Shown piece by piece: positions 29,101-37,722 of a stretch of DNA of 64,000 nt. Origin of the DNA: an uncultured virus (IMG/VR IMGVR_UViG_3300042288_002474) (Duplodnaviria; Heunggongvirae; Uroviricota; Caudoviricetes). The number at the start of each line of letters is the position of its first letter. Positions within the stretch are counted from its first letter, which is position 1. Location: IMG/VR virus record IMGVR_UViG_3300042288_002474; one strand, written 5' to 3'. Below the pieces are notes generated by a model. It did no database searches. It was not told the origin of the DNA and saw only the letters and a list, made by a program, of their open reading frames with translations. Made by a program: the position numbers and the translations under genes.

Positions 29101-32100
29101 AATCGCCAATCCTAACGTATCGGCAGCATTAGGCGAGGGGTTAGCTAACGGTATTGTTGCAGCTAAGGAATTATTTGTAGATTTCCTTAAGATGCCAGAA
29201 AAAATTAAGGAAGGGTTCATCCAGGCTAAGGTGGCTTTTGATAGTTTTGTAGAGGGAATGAGTAAAGTCCAGAAATTTGGCGAGATGATGGACTTTGTTA
29301 AATCTTCTATAGGTAATGTTGTTAAAGTCCTAGCTTTGTTGGCCGTAGGGAAAATTATCTTAGATTTAGCTCCCGCAAGCATAGAAGTCGCCGCTAACTT
29401 TGAGAATTTAGAGAGACGGATTAAGTTCACTTCTGGAAGCATTTCAGAGGGTGCTAAAAATATTGCATTTTTAAGATCGGAAGCAAAAAGACTCAACGTT
29501 GACTTAAGCCAAACTTTAGAAAGTGGCAGTAAATTCTTCCAGGCAACTAAGGATACTCCCATAGAAGGCTATCAATCTCGCCAGATCGTTAGCGCAGTCA
29601 CTCAAGCTTCGGCTGTCTATGGTTTAGATTTAGACAAGCAGCAAAGGACTTTTACCGCGCTTGAGCAAATGTCTGGAAAAACGGTTGTATCTCAAGAGGA
29701 ATTAAGACAACAACTCGCTGAAGCAATCCCCAACGCTTCGCAAATCGCCGCAAATGCTTACGGAACAACCACCCAGTCCATGAACCAACTCTTAGCAACG
29801 GGCAGGGTTTTAGCTGAGGACTTTTTGCCAAAATTTGCTCAACAATTAAAAGCGCAAACTTCATCAGGCGTAGGAGATGCCGTTAATTCTTCAGTGGCGA
29901 TAACTAATAAATTCAATAATTCCTTAACTGAGCTACAGGAAAGTATTGGTAAAACTTTACTGCCTTTCAGAAACTTTTCTTTAAGTGTTTTTGCGTCTGG
30001 TATAGATTTAGTAACTAAGAATTTCCAACTCTTAAAAAGTGTCTTACTGATTACCTTAATTAAATTAGGAAGTCCTGTTTGGTTAATGTTTGCGACGTAT
30101 TTAAAAGGAATTTTATTCTCTGCGGGAGGGGCTAAGGGTGCATTGCTGGGAATGAGTCAAAGTATTGCAACTTTAGCCGCTCAGATGTTTGTTTTATCAA
30201 TGGCGATGAAAGCTATTGATGAAACAATGATGAATTTCAAGGATAGCAGCGGCGCAATTGGCGAACAGACTAGAAACGTTACTCAGTCTATTAATGAACA
30301 AAGAAAATTATTAAATCCATCCTCTAAAGTTAGCCGTGATAACTTTTCAGCATTTAGAGAAGGATTTACGCTTAACCCATTTGATAACGATACAAAAAAA
30401 CTAATAAAACAAATGGAGGATAGTGCCAAACAAACAACTATTGGGCAACAAAACACTTTCGATATTTTGAAAGATAGTAACTCTCCTGCTATACAAGATG
30501 CTATCCAAGAAATTCAAGCCATTGATAAATCTTTGGATGATATTAAAATGAAGCGTCGGGCTGTTGTTGCTAACAATCCTGGCGACATTCAACAATTAAG
30601 AGAACTGCAAGAACAAGAAAAAGAATTAAGTCAAAGAAGAGAAAAGCCCTTAGAATTGTTTGGCGGAACTAAAGCTAATTTAGACAAACAAGTAGAAACT
30701 TTAAAAACTTATTTGGAGTATTGGGAAGAACTAAAGAAAAATCCCAAACTTTATCAAAGTGAAATTGAACAAATTAATAAAATAATTAAGGTAACTGAAC
30801 AAGATTTAGCCACAGTTATTCAAGAACAAGACAAGATGACTAAGGCTATTAAAAATTCCTTAACAGAAATGCAAAAATTTGCAATTGAAATAAGGAACTT
30901 AGAAGCTAAGTTTAACGATCTAAGACAATATAGAGATACGGCATTAAGTTTAGAGAAAACTAATTTATTTAATCTTGGCAGCAGTGGGGACGTTTTACCA
31001 GGGCAACTGGAATATACGAACAACTTAAAAACTCAAGCCACTCTGACTGGTAAAATTGCCGATAATTTAAAACAAATCCAAGAGATGTCCGCTCAATTGG
31101 AAGTTAATGATTTAGATGGAGTCTTAAACGCCCTTAATTTAAATAAAAGAAGCGGTATAGACACCTTAAAGGCTGCACAAGAAAGAAGTATTGATGGAAG
31201 TAAAGAAAAAGAGATTTTAAGTGGCTTTATAAAAGTTAAGGAAATGCAAATCCAAACTGTTGATATGCAACAACAAATTGCAGAGCAGAAATATAACTTA
31301 ATCCAAAGCCTCTACCAACAAACAAAGCAAGTCACCGACTATTATCGCGCAGCCGTTCGAGAATCTCAAGCTGTGGGTATTGAATTTGAGAAAGCACAAA
31401 AGACCTTTGAAAACTCTAAAGTACAGAATAAACTTAGAGAGGCTTTAATTGGTGCTGGGGACAATATCTACACTCAGTTTATTGAGGGGATTATTAATGT
31501 AATTTCCCAAACAACCGAAATAGAGAAACAACGACTAGAAGCAAGAAAACAGAGGATTGACTACCAGAATAACGTCCAAGATATTCAGCTACAAGCTATA
31601 GAACTACAACGGAGTTTACCAGGAAAAATTATCTCGATAGATTCTAGTATTGCCGATAACTTTAATCTCAGTCTTGAAAACGTAAACAGGACGGTTGATG
31701 AAATTAATAAGAATATAAATAACTTATCTAACAGTGTTGTAGACGCAACTAAAAAAGCTGAAGATAGTATTAAAGACTTAAGTAAAACTAGCAACTCATG
31801 GATAGAAGGTCTTGGTACTAAGTTTGCAGATTTAGTTAAGTCTTTTGAGAACGGCTTTGATCGCGTGGGGACTGCGATCACTGATATGGGAATAAAAACC
31901 TCCAACTGGTTAGCTTCCCTGGCTACCGGACAAGGCTTGTTACAAAATTTAGCGGGTGGTGTTCAATCGGCGGTTAGCACGGTGTTTGGGGAAAAAGCTG
32001 GGCAACAGTTAGAGCAGGGTGCTAAAGAGTTTGTTAGTAATCCGATTGGAGCTTTAAAGCAATTTTATGGAGTAGATAATAATTCAACGCCTAGTACGCG

Positions 32101-35100
32101 GTTAAAAGCAAAAGGGAAGGTTGGTTTTGTTGAAAATAGTAGTTCGTCAATAGACTCTGCGAGGGGTCACATTGGTGATGATATCTTCGCGCCAATAGGT
32201 TCTAAGATTTTTAGCCCTCTCGCTGGTACTGTGGTGCAAAGTCGAGTAGGCGGAACTAAGAATACAGACGATGCAAACCCATTAGTTCCTGGGTATCAAC
32301 CCCAACAGCTTGTGATCATCAAGCTAGATATGCCTATAGAATTTGAAGGCAAGAAAATCACTCACTTAAACATGAGACATCTGCTAGACAGAAATGTACA
32401 GGTGGGACAAAAGGTTAAGACGGGTGATCTACTAGGTACTGTGGGTGAGGCAGGCGGAAGAGGTACGCAATTCGGGACTCGAAACCCTGGTACTGCGAGG
32501 GATGCCGACGCTGCACACCTACATATTGAATACGCCCCTAGCGAGAACAATCAACGTAACTCATTGCCAGACTCGCAAGCAAGTAGGCTGACCGCTAAGT
32601 TATCAAAAGAATATTCAGGTGGCGTGCAAAACACTGTTAATACGCCCAAGACATCAAGAAATCGTCAACCCGTTCCAAAAGTTCCGCTTGTTCCAGGGCT
32701 AGATCCACGTATAGATACCAAGTTCCTGCAAAGCGTGGCTAAAATAGCTCAAAGCGTAGGAGCAAACCCTGAAGACCTACTTAAAACGATGCTGTATGAA
32801 ACAGGTGGTACACTTTCGCCATCTGCTAGGAACAAACGCACAAACGCAACAGGTTTAATTCAGTTCATGCCCGCTACGGCTAGAGGACTGGGTACAAACA
32901 TAGACGCTCTGTCTCAAATGAGTCCACAAGAGCAATTAGTCTTTGTTCAGAAATACTTAAAACAGAACAGTAGAGGGCAAAAGCTAGACTCCTTCCGAAA
33001 AGTTTTATCTACCGTTTTTGCGGGAAATCCTAACGCATCATTAGGAGTAGGGGATGGTGATATTACGCTAGGTAATTACCTCCCCAAAGCAGAAAATCGG
33101 TACGGCAATACAGCGCGACAATTGGTGCAGATTGTTATGCAAGGCGGAAGTATTCAACCCAACCAAATGCAGCAAGCGGTAACACAAGCTAGTAGACTTA
33201 AATTAAACACCGCTGCCCAACAATATCAAACTAATCAAATTAACAGCAATCTAAATCCTGAACAAATCAAAGAAAATGAGCTAAAACAAAGGCTAGAGGC
33301 TTACAGGCTTATTATGTCCTCTCAAAAAGGCGCGATAGGAGACATCAGTAGTACGAAAGATTCTACTCTAGGGACTAGAATAACGGTGTTAAAAGGTTTA
33401 TCTCCTAACATGAGTAATGCGGATATGTTTAGTCTCCAATTTAATGAATTACGCCGCAAATTAGAGAAAGATGTTGAGTCGTTGAAGCAAATTATTAGAG
33501 AAACGGATGGAGCGATCGCGCAAAAACCGGACTTACAAGCCGCATTTAATCTGGCAATGAAGAGATTTCCTAATGATCCGAGATTAGCCGCAGCCGCAAT
33601 CCAGACAAACGATCTAAGTTTTAAAGCTACAGCTTTTAAAAATGCAGAAGCTAAAAATAGCTTGAAATTTTTAAAATCCAATATTGATAGCATCCTCAAA
33701 GCGTCAATGAAAGATTTTGACAAAAAAGAGTTTTTCAGATTAAGCGAGCAGGATATATCGCAACAATCAAAAGTTATTGAACAACTACAACAACAGTTAC
33801 AGTTAGTTCAAAAACTTGAGGAAATTGACCCGCTAAATCCGTTGGTTTTAAAAATTCCATCACTTCAAAGAAATATTAGCTTACTAGAATTAACCCGTGA
33901 CCAATACCAACAATTACTAGATCTCCAAAGACGTTATTATGATGGCGGAGGTAAGGGCGGTAACATGAGTGAAGCAGCTTTTCAGAAAGAATTTAAAGCC
34001 ATTCTCAATGTTAATTCTGTTAAAAGAGAGGGCGTTGATCTTAACTTTAATTATGCCGATACAGTTAAGCGAATTAAGCAAGCTAACGACGAATTAACTA
34101 AATCGCAAACTATCCAAGCCTCGCAAATGAAATCATTGCAACTAGACAATGAACGGTTTGCGATTGACAATAAGGATGGGATGGTTAGTTTAGTCAGCTT
34201 AACCAATGAATTAACAATAAAAACTAACGAGCTAACTAATGCTTACAAGAAACAATTATTGGAAATTCAAGGTAACACCTTACTTAGTCCACAAGAAAAA
34301 TTAATAGAACGACTAAAAGCTTTCCGTAATTACGGAAAAGAAAAATCTAACCTTGACGCAGAAAATTCTTACCAAACTAAGCTCGCGCCGATTACAAATA
34401 GAGGCATTGAACTCGGCAGGATGGAAAAATTAAATTCATCCGGTAGTGCAATTTCTTCCGAGATAATAAGAGGTCGGGGTTTGTTCGGAGTTAGAGACAA
34501 GGAATTGCAAAAAGCACAGCTTTTATCACAAATTAAGATGGATTTTGAGAAGGAAAAAAACGAAATAGCTAAACTAGGATTATCAAGTAATTATTCAGCA
34601 GAAGAAATATCTGTACTTAGTGAAAATTTACTTAAGCTAAACGAGTTAAAACTAGACAATGTTGCGAAAGAATTTAATATGTTCACCGAGGCTATTAGCG
34701 GAATTAAAGGAGATTTTGACAATATCCTAAAGGGATTTTTCATGAACGACTCTGTTAATAAAAACGCTGGCGATTTACAGGATATTAATAAATCCCTAGA
34801 TGAGATTGCTAAGAAACGCCGCGACATTATAATGAATACGTCCGGTAATATTCAGGAAGTAAGAAACGCATACCAAAATTCAGGCAATAACAAACAACTA
34901 AAAGAATTAGATAGAGCGCAGAGAGACTTAGAAAAGAAAAAGACGGAGTTGAGTAAAAGAAGTATAGTCGATGCTTTTAGCGAGATTGCAAAAAGTATTT
35001 TAAGCAATTTAGCTGCTGTTGCAAGTAAGGAACTGTCTAACCAACTATTTGGTAAATTAACTGAAATTATTTTTGGCAATAAAGCTAAAGACGTGGGCGC

Positions 35101-35800
35101 GATCGCTTTAAATAACGCGGGAGCTAATCTAAGTATGTCCGCTACAATGCTACAACAAGCGGCTTTAGCCTTGCAAAATATTATGGGCGCAGGTAGCAAA
35201 GATGGCGGAGTGCTAGATAGTATTTTTGGAGCGTTTGGAGAGAGTAGTTTTGGAATACTCGAAGGCAGTAGCGCAATCCCATTTAGTTCTAGCGGAGCAT
35301 TTGACTTTAGCGATGGTTTTAGCTTAGGTGGTTTAGACGGCGGATTAGACTTTGTAGACTTTGGTTCTAGCGGAGCATTTGACTTTGGTTCAGCTACGCT
35401 CTCTAGTTTTGCTAAAGGCGGAATGGTTGGGGATTTATTAAACAAGGAAAGGGCGATAAGTGGGTTTAACCCACGCTTAATTATCGCTAACGAAGGTGAA
35501 CGGGTTTTAACTCCAAAAGAAACTAAGTTATGGAATCAACTAAACAGTAGTAATAAATTGGAGAGTTTTAGTAGCGGCGGTATGATAGGTGAAGGTTTAG
35601 GGAATATTAATAACGTAGGAAGAAGTGGAGATACGATTAACATTACGCCTAACGTGAACATTAATAATAGCGAGGGTGGCAACGGCAACATTAACAAAGC
35701 CTTGTTTGAAAAAGCTTTAGAAGCAAAAATCCAAGAGACAATCAAGCAAGAGCGTCGTCCTGGAGGTAGCTTAAACAGAGGTGGTTTATATGATAGGTAA
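26168..35800 (+). CDS. Tape measure protein with alpha/beta-hydrolase-like, M23 peptidase and lytic transglycosylase domains
   Basis: 3210 aa, coiled-coil rich; IKSPSR and ALEQMSGK..EELRQQLAE tape-measure motifs; GTSGG, HIGDD/HLH, YETGG..GLIQF. Confidence 0.9.
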   Translation: MELPQLVVELVGDYSKLMEDIKKARVEAIKQAQFLEKDLNLTIGVNDDSLKNLNKHFDLKVTHFKQTQTYFKNNPLKVFVDDRELTNLNKELASLTKGSNGRARVRVDVEVNKEKANLVINNNNNSREIVGQLKSVEKAVMDSAKLSLGRSLGTGLTEEFGRTIGKNLMSGFKKNLGLDVAGATQSFTRAVSKPLSKVTPESIQKFEDDIVSALEDAFVFKNQTQAQEKFKAAFQPIVDEIQEIAYTAAGQVLKVGAQPLRIRKRVLLAQSAQDAAKMSENVNVADNEDIKKAKSISLITGGIDFQKGGRNTFFAENLVKRILPGSYSVPVTNPYSNDKNNLGQIYQFRADLSGGTVVGADGVERPASEPMPFDMLLHTNLEKGYNPDSVKMAAEAMAYRKKYPDKPIQLAGTSGGSYIVEEAIAILERAGITNVKGLGLTAPVNNLMTTASQKNYQSLVGEFDPLNVVMFGGKNVADKEHPVYKATLKVMSYGMPGLMEESPLMSLIPGAGKGHALLPFLTKPMVNEQIQSFLGDAIDPVSPSLSKGIKSEPNLHFFKSQLDEKDSLVRTLKAVLGDGSTLRQIEKAGFNGAEGYTFAVPQKPEWRREYDFSSMMGNLPNARQIGKDIKPEFDEYTAFLEEMRAGIVEFLDSGAKTKQSLAKTLEKAVKFYPELKTLQTRVLETLGEQARLTDLNKNPKKDTRTAREKYTDNQRLARINAQFPQGQEYLKDFKTREKDADLSPEARVGLESARNIAAQFNKSFATLQTLTKSGNLDEAANMAATIKQMGVKAREEIKLITKTLGENNNVGSTRLGSQLGQTLSQISSVQNKTDKIVNVNKLNLPSVGENVGAGMTEGLDSSLKDLRASSEKLANTVIDTVEEKLEIKSPSRWGIRIGKYVGEGFTKGLGFLEDSSIIGIFIELMNDIKSAVEDGDITSTAENFKNKLSRGFSKGLGSIPGFKEAKERFKGYLDFLKEIANPNVSAALGEGLANGIVAAKELFVDFLKMPEKIKEGFIQAKVAFDSFVEGMSKVQKFGEMMDFVKSSIGNVVKVLALLAVGKIILDLAPASIEVAANFENLERRIKFTSGSISEGAKNIAFLRSEAKRLNVDLSQTLESGSKFFQATKDTPIEGYQSRQIVSAVTQASAVYGLDLDKQQRTFTALEQMSGKTVVSQEELRQQLAEAIPNASQIAANAYGTTTQSMNQLLATGRVLAEDFLPKFAQQLKAQTSSGVGDAVNSSVAITNKFNNSLTELQESIGKTLLPFRNFSLSVFASGIDLVTKNFQLLKSVLLITLIKLGSPVWLMFATYLKGILFSAGGAKGALLGMSQSIATLAAQMFVLSMAMKAIDETMMNFKDSSGAIGEQTRNVTQSINEQRKLLNPSSKVSRDNFSAFREGFTLNPFDNDTKKLIKQMEDSAKQTTIGQQNTFDILKDSNSPAIQDAIQEIQAIDKSLDDIKMKRRAVVANNPGDIQQLRELQEQEKELSQRREKPLELFGGTKANLDKQVETLKTYLEYWEELKKNPKLYQSEIEQINKIIKVTEQDLATVIQEQDKMTKAIKNSLTEMQKFAIEIRNLEAKFNDLRQYRDTALSLEKTNLFNLGSSGDVLPGQLEYTNNLKTQATLTGKIADNLKQIQEMSAQLEVNDLDGVLNALNLNKRSGIDTLKAAQERSIDGSKEKEILSGFIKVKEMQIQTVDMQQQIAEQKYNLIQSLYQQTKQVTDYYRAAVRESQAVGIEFEKAQKTFENSKVQNKLREALIGAGDNIYTQFIEGIINVISQTTEIEKQRLEARKQRIDYQNNVQDIQLQAIELQRSLPGKIISIDSSIADNFNLSLENVNRTVDEINKNINNLSNSVVDATKKAEDSIKDLSKTSNSWIEGLGTKFADLVKSFENGFDRVGTAITDMGIKTSNWLASLATGQGLLQNLAGGVQSAVSTVFGEKAGQQLEQGAKEFVSNPIGALKQFYGVDNNSTPSTRLKAKGKVGFVENSSSSIDSARGHIGDDIFAPIGSKIFSPLAGTVVQSRVGGTKNTDDANPLVPGYQPQQLVIIKLDMPIEFEGKKITHLNMRHLLDRNVQVGQKVKTGDLLGTVGEAGGRGTQFGTRNPGTARDADAAHLHIEYAPSENNQRNSLPDSQASRLTAKLSKEYSGGVQNTVNTPKTSRNRQPVPKVPLVPGLDPRIDTKFLQSVAKIAQSVGANPEDLLKTMLYETGGTLSPSARNKRTNATGLIQFMPATARGLGTNIDALSQMSPQEQLVFVQKYLKQNSRGQKLDSFRKVLSTVFAGNPNASLGVGDGDITLGNYLPKAENRYGNTARQLVQIVMQGGSIQPNQMQQAVTQASRLKLNTAAQQYQTNQINSNLNPEQIKENELKQRLEAYRLIMSSQKGAIGDISSTKDSTLGTRITVLKGLSPNMSNADMFSLQFNELRRKLEKDVESLKQIIRETDGAIAQKPDLQAAFNLAMKRFPNDPRLAAAAIQTNDLSFKATAFKNAEAKNSLKFLKSNIDSILKASMKDFDKKEFFRLSEQDISQQSKVIEQLQQQLQLVQKLEEIDPLNPLVLKIPSLQRNISLLELTRDQYQQLLDLQRRYYDGGGKGGNMSEAAFQKEFKAILNVNSVKREGVDLNFNYADTVKRIKQANDELTKSQTIQASQMKSLQLDNERFAIDNKDGMVSLVSLTNELTIKTNELTNAYKKQLLEIQGNTLLSPQEKLIERLKAFRNYGKEKSNLDAENSYQTKLAPITNRGIELGRMEKLNSSGSAISSEIIRGRGLFGVRDKELQKAQLLSQIKMDFEKEKNEIAKLGLSSNYSAEEISVLSENLLKLNELKLDNVAKEFNMFTEAISGIKGDFDNILKGFFMNDSVNKNAGDLQDINKSLDEIAKKRRDIIMNTSGNIQEVRNAYQNSGNNKQLKELDRAQRDLEKKKTELSKRSIVDAFSEIAKSILSNLAAVASKELSNQLFGKLTEIIFGNKAKDVGAIALNNAGANLSMSATMLQQAALALQNIMGAGSKDGGVLDSIFGAFGESSFGILEGSSAIPFSSSGAFDFSDGFSLGGLDGGLDFVDFGSSGAFDFGSATLSSFAKGGMVGDLLNKERAISGFNPRLIIANEGERVLTPKETKLWNQLNSSNKLESFSSGGMIGEGLGNINNVGRSGDTINITPNVNINNSEGGNGNINKALFEKALEAKIQETIKQERRPGGSLNRGGLYDR

Positions 35801-35801
35801 T

Positions 35802-35954
35802 TTATCTTTCATTAACCTCAATCTTGATTACTCTCGTAGGAGGATTGAGGTTAATATCCCCATCTACAACACCTTTAATGAAAAATACCAAGCTCATTAG
35901 AATTATTAATCCTACGCACCCCTTAATTTCCTCATTCCTCTTCTTAATGTCCAT
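35802..35954 (-). CDS. Possible 50-aa single-helix membrane peptide
   Basis: Manual translation MDIKKRNEEIKGCVGLIILMSLVFFIKG...; AAGGT SD. Confidence 0.35.
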   Translation of the reverse strand: MDIKKRNEEIKGCVGLIILMSLVFFIKGVVDGDINLNPPTRVIKIEVNER

Positions 35955-35978
35955 AACCTTACCTATTTTTTAAATTTT

Positions 35979-36320
35979 ATGCCAGTATACCCCACAGCAC
36001 CACAAAGTTTTGTTTTAACTTGGGAGAATCCCCTATCCCTAAAGCAAAGTCCCGCCACAAACGCAGATAGGCGTAAGGGCGGGACTGAATTAAGGGGGAC
36101 TAATTTTCAACTAAACTTAGTTAGGGAAATGCAAGAAGCTAAAGTAATGGCAGTAACAAGGGATGATTATGAAGAAATTGAAGAGTTTTTAACTTCCAGA
36201 AATGGTGCGCCATTTAACTTTAACTCCCAATTATGGAGTTGCTTAGAGTGGAATTGGATATTTAAGGGTAATGACGTTTTTGAGCTTAATTTAAGCTTAA
36301 AACAGGAGTTTCGTCCTTAA
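35979..36320 (+). CDS. Minor tail protein (lambda gpM-like)
   Basis: EEFL..RNGAPF.F, W.C..W, L.QEF; follows the tape measure gene. Confidence 0.6.
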   Translation: MPVYPTAPQSFVLTWENPLSLKQSPATNADRRKGGTELRGTNFQLNLVREMQEAKVMAVTRDDYEEIEEFLTSRNGAPFNFNSQLWSCLEWNWIFKGNDVFELNLSLKQEFRP

Positions 36321-36526
36321 TTTTCCTCTTTATTTACAATTCTTTCCCATTGTTCTAAACAACTCTTAGCAGCATCGCCAACGAATGTATGTGACTTCCC
36401 ATTAGTTTGCGTAAGAACCACCTCCTCTTTTATGTTGTGTAAACTACAAATGGTGTAATAATTAAATCTATGAACATTACCGTTCTTTTCTGTGACAATA
36501 ATCCAAGGCTCTTTTTTGGCTTTCAT
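36317..36526 (-). CDS. Hypothetical protein
   Basis: 69-aa ORF downstream of the promoter motif at 36559-36587. Confidence 0.55.
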   Translation of the reverse strand: MKAKKEPWIIVTEKNGNVHRFNYYTICSLHNIKEEVVLTQTNGKSHTFVGDAAKSCLEQWERIVNKEEN

Positions 36527-36536
36527 TTTAAAAAAA

Positions 36537-36589
36537 ACTTGACGACGATATAAAAGAATTTTTACACACTTCCTATATCGTCGTCAAGT
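36537..36589. promoter_or_regulatory. 16-bp perfect inverted repeat formed by two copies of the promoter motif
   Basis: ACTTGACGACGATATA (36537-52) / TATATCGTCGTCAAGT (36574-89). Confidence 0.7.
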
Positions 36590-36617
36590 AGTAAGTTAAA
36601 AGTTAAAAAACAAGGGT

Positions 36618-36797
36618 TTAGGGCGTGAATACTCTGAGATAAATCCCGTAAATAGCAAAGATTGGGTAAAAGGCGATGAGTGCAAGTAGGTAGAAGAATG
36701 ATTTTATCGGGGTTGAGATTAAATTAGAAAAATCATTCAAGGCTGCATGGAAAGTAAAACCTAATCCAAAAATAAGGTAAGCGTAAAAGTAAAGCAT
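36618..36797 (-). CDS. Small hydrophobic two-helix protein (59 aa)
   Basis: Manual translation MLYFYAYLIFGLGF...FFYLLALIAFYPIFAIYGIYL; AGGAGGAG SD. Confidence 0.5.
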   Translation of the reverse strand: MLYFYAYLIFGLGFTFHAALNDFSNLISTPIKSFFYLLALIAFYPIFAIYGIYLRVFTP

Positions 36798-36803
36798 AAG
36801 GTT

Positions 36804-37199
36804 CTATTCTCCTCCTAAGAAAAAGTTTAATCCGTCTTTGTCTAAAACAGTTTTAAGTTTCTGGGAATATTTCTTTAAAAAATTCCTCACTTCTTCATAT
36901 TTTACAACAATTTCCCTACCCTTCCCTAAAGGTTTACCTTTTATTTTTCCTGTCCTATGCCAAGAAGATGTTGTGCTACGGCTTACTCCTAATAATTTTC
37001 CTATCCTGGAAAGAGATAGATTATCAAACTCTCTTGCGTAAGATATTTTTAAAACCTTAAACCTTGATCTAACGGCTTCTGGAGTTCTATTAAATCCCTG
37101 TTTTTTTAATATTAGAGATATGTCTTCAGGGCTGTGGAATCCTACATATTCCTCTAATATTTCATCTTCCTTTTTACTCCATCTCACCCAACTAGCCAT
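36804..37199 (-). CDS. Putative DNA-binding regulator (Myb/SANT-like plus HTH)
   Basis: RWSKKEDEIL..RTPEAV and LSRIGKLLGVSRSTTSSW. Confidence 0.65.
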   Translation of the reverse strand: MASWVRWSKKEDEILEEYVGFHSPEDISLILKKQGFNRTPEAVRSRFKVLKISYAREFDNLSLSRIGKLLGVSRSTTSSWHRTGKIKGKPLGKGREIVVKYEEVRNFLKKYSQKLKTVLDKDGLNFFLGGE

Positions 37200-37719
37200 A
37201 ATTTAACCCACCTTCCATAAAGATAGAAGCAGCTTTTTTGGCTATATTTTCAGAAAGTTGAACTTGCTTAATTGTAACTAAACCTTCGTTAACAAAAGAA
37301 TCTCTAACTAAAGCTTTTTCTCCACTATTAAAAGAAGTTTCATAAAATACTTCTTTAATTCCTGCGGAGATAATTAGCTTCAAACAAGATAAACAGGGTT
37401 CTAATGTTACGTATATACTTGATCCATCTGTAGATATACCATACTTTGAGGCTTGAGCGATCGCATTTGCTTCTGCGTGTACAGCCCTTGATGGTAGTAT
37501 TTTACTGGCATCACAGCTATTTAAACCTGGATAACAGTATCCTTGGGTTATACAATGAACCGAGCCTGACGGTGAACCATTATAACCTGTGGCGATAACT
37601 TGCTTATTTTTAACAATTACAGCACCAACTGGAAAAGCAAGACAAGTTGAGCGAGTTGCGGCTAATTTAGCCAACATAAGGAAATATTCATCCCATGTTG
37701 GTCTTTGGTAAGTAATCAT
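37192..37719 (-). CDS. dCMP deaminase
   Basis: RPTWDEYF, TGYNG, HAEANA, PCLSC. Confidence 0.93.
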   Translation of the reverse strand: MITYQRPTWDEYFLMLAKLAATRSTCLAFPVGAVIVKNKQVIATGYNGSPSGSVHCITQGYCYPGLNSCDASKILPSRAVHAEANAIAQASKYGISTDGSSIYVTLEPCLSCLKLIISAGIKEVFYETSFNSGEKALVRDSFVNEGLVTIKQVQLSENIAKKAASIFMEGGLNYG

Positions 37720-37722
37720 TAT

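Noticed and set aside
26750..35745. Many minus-strand ORFs within the tape measure gene
   Set aside because: Antisense shadows with no motifs
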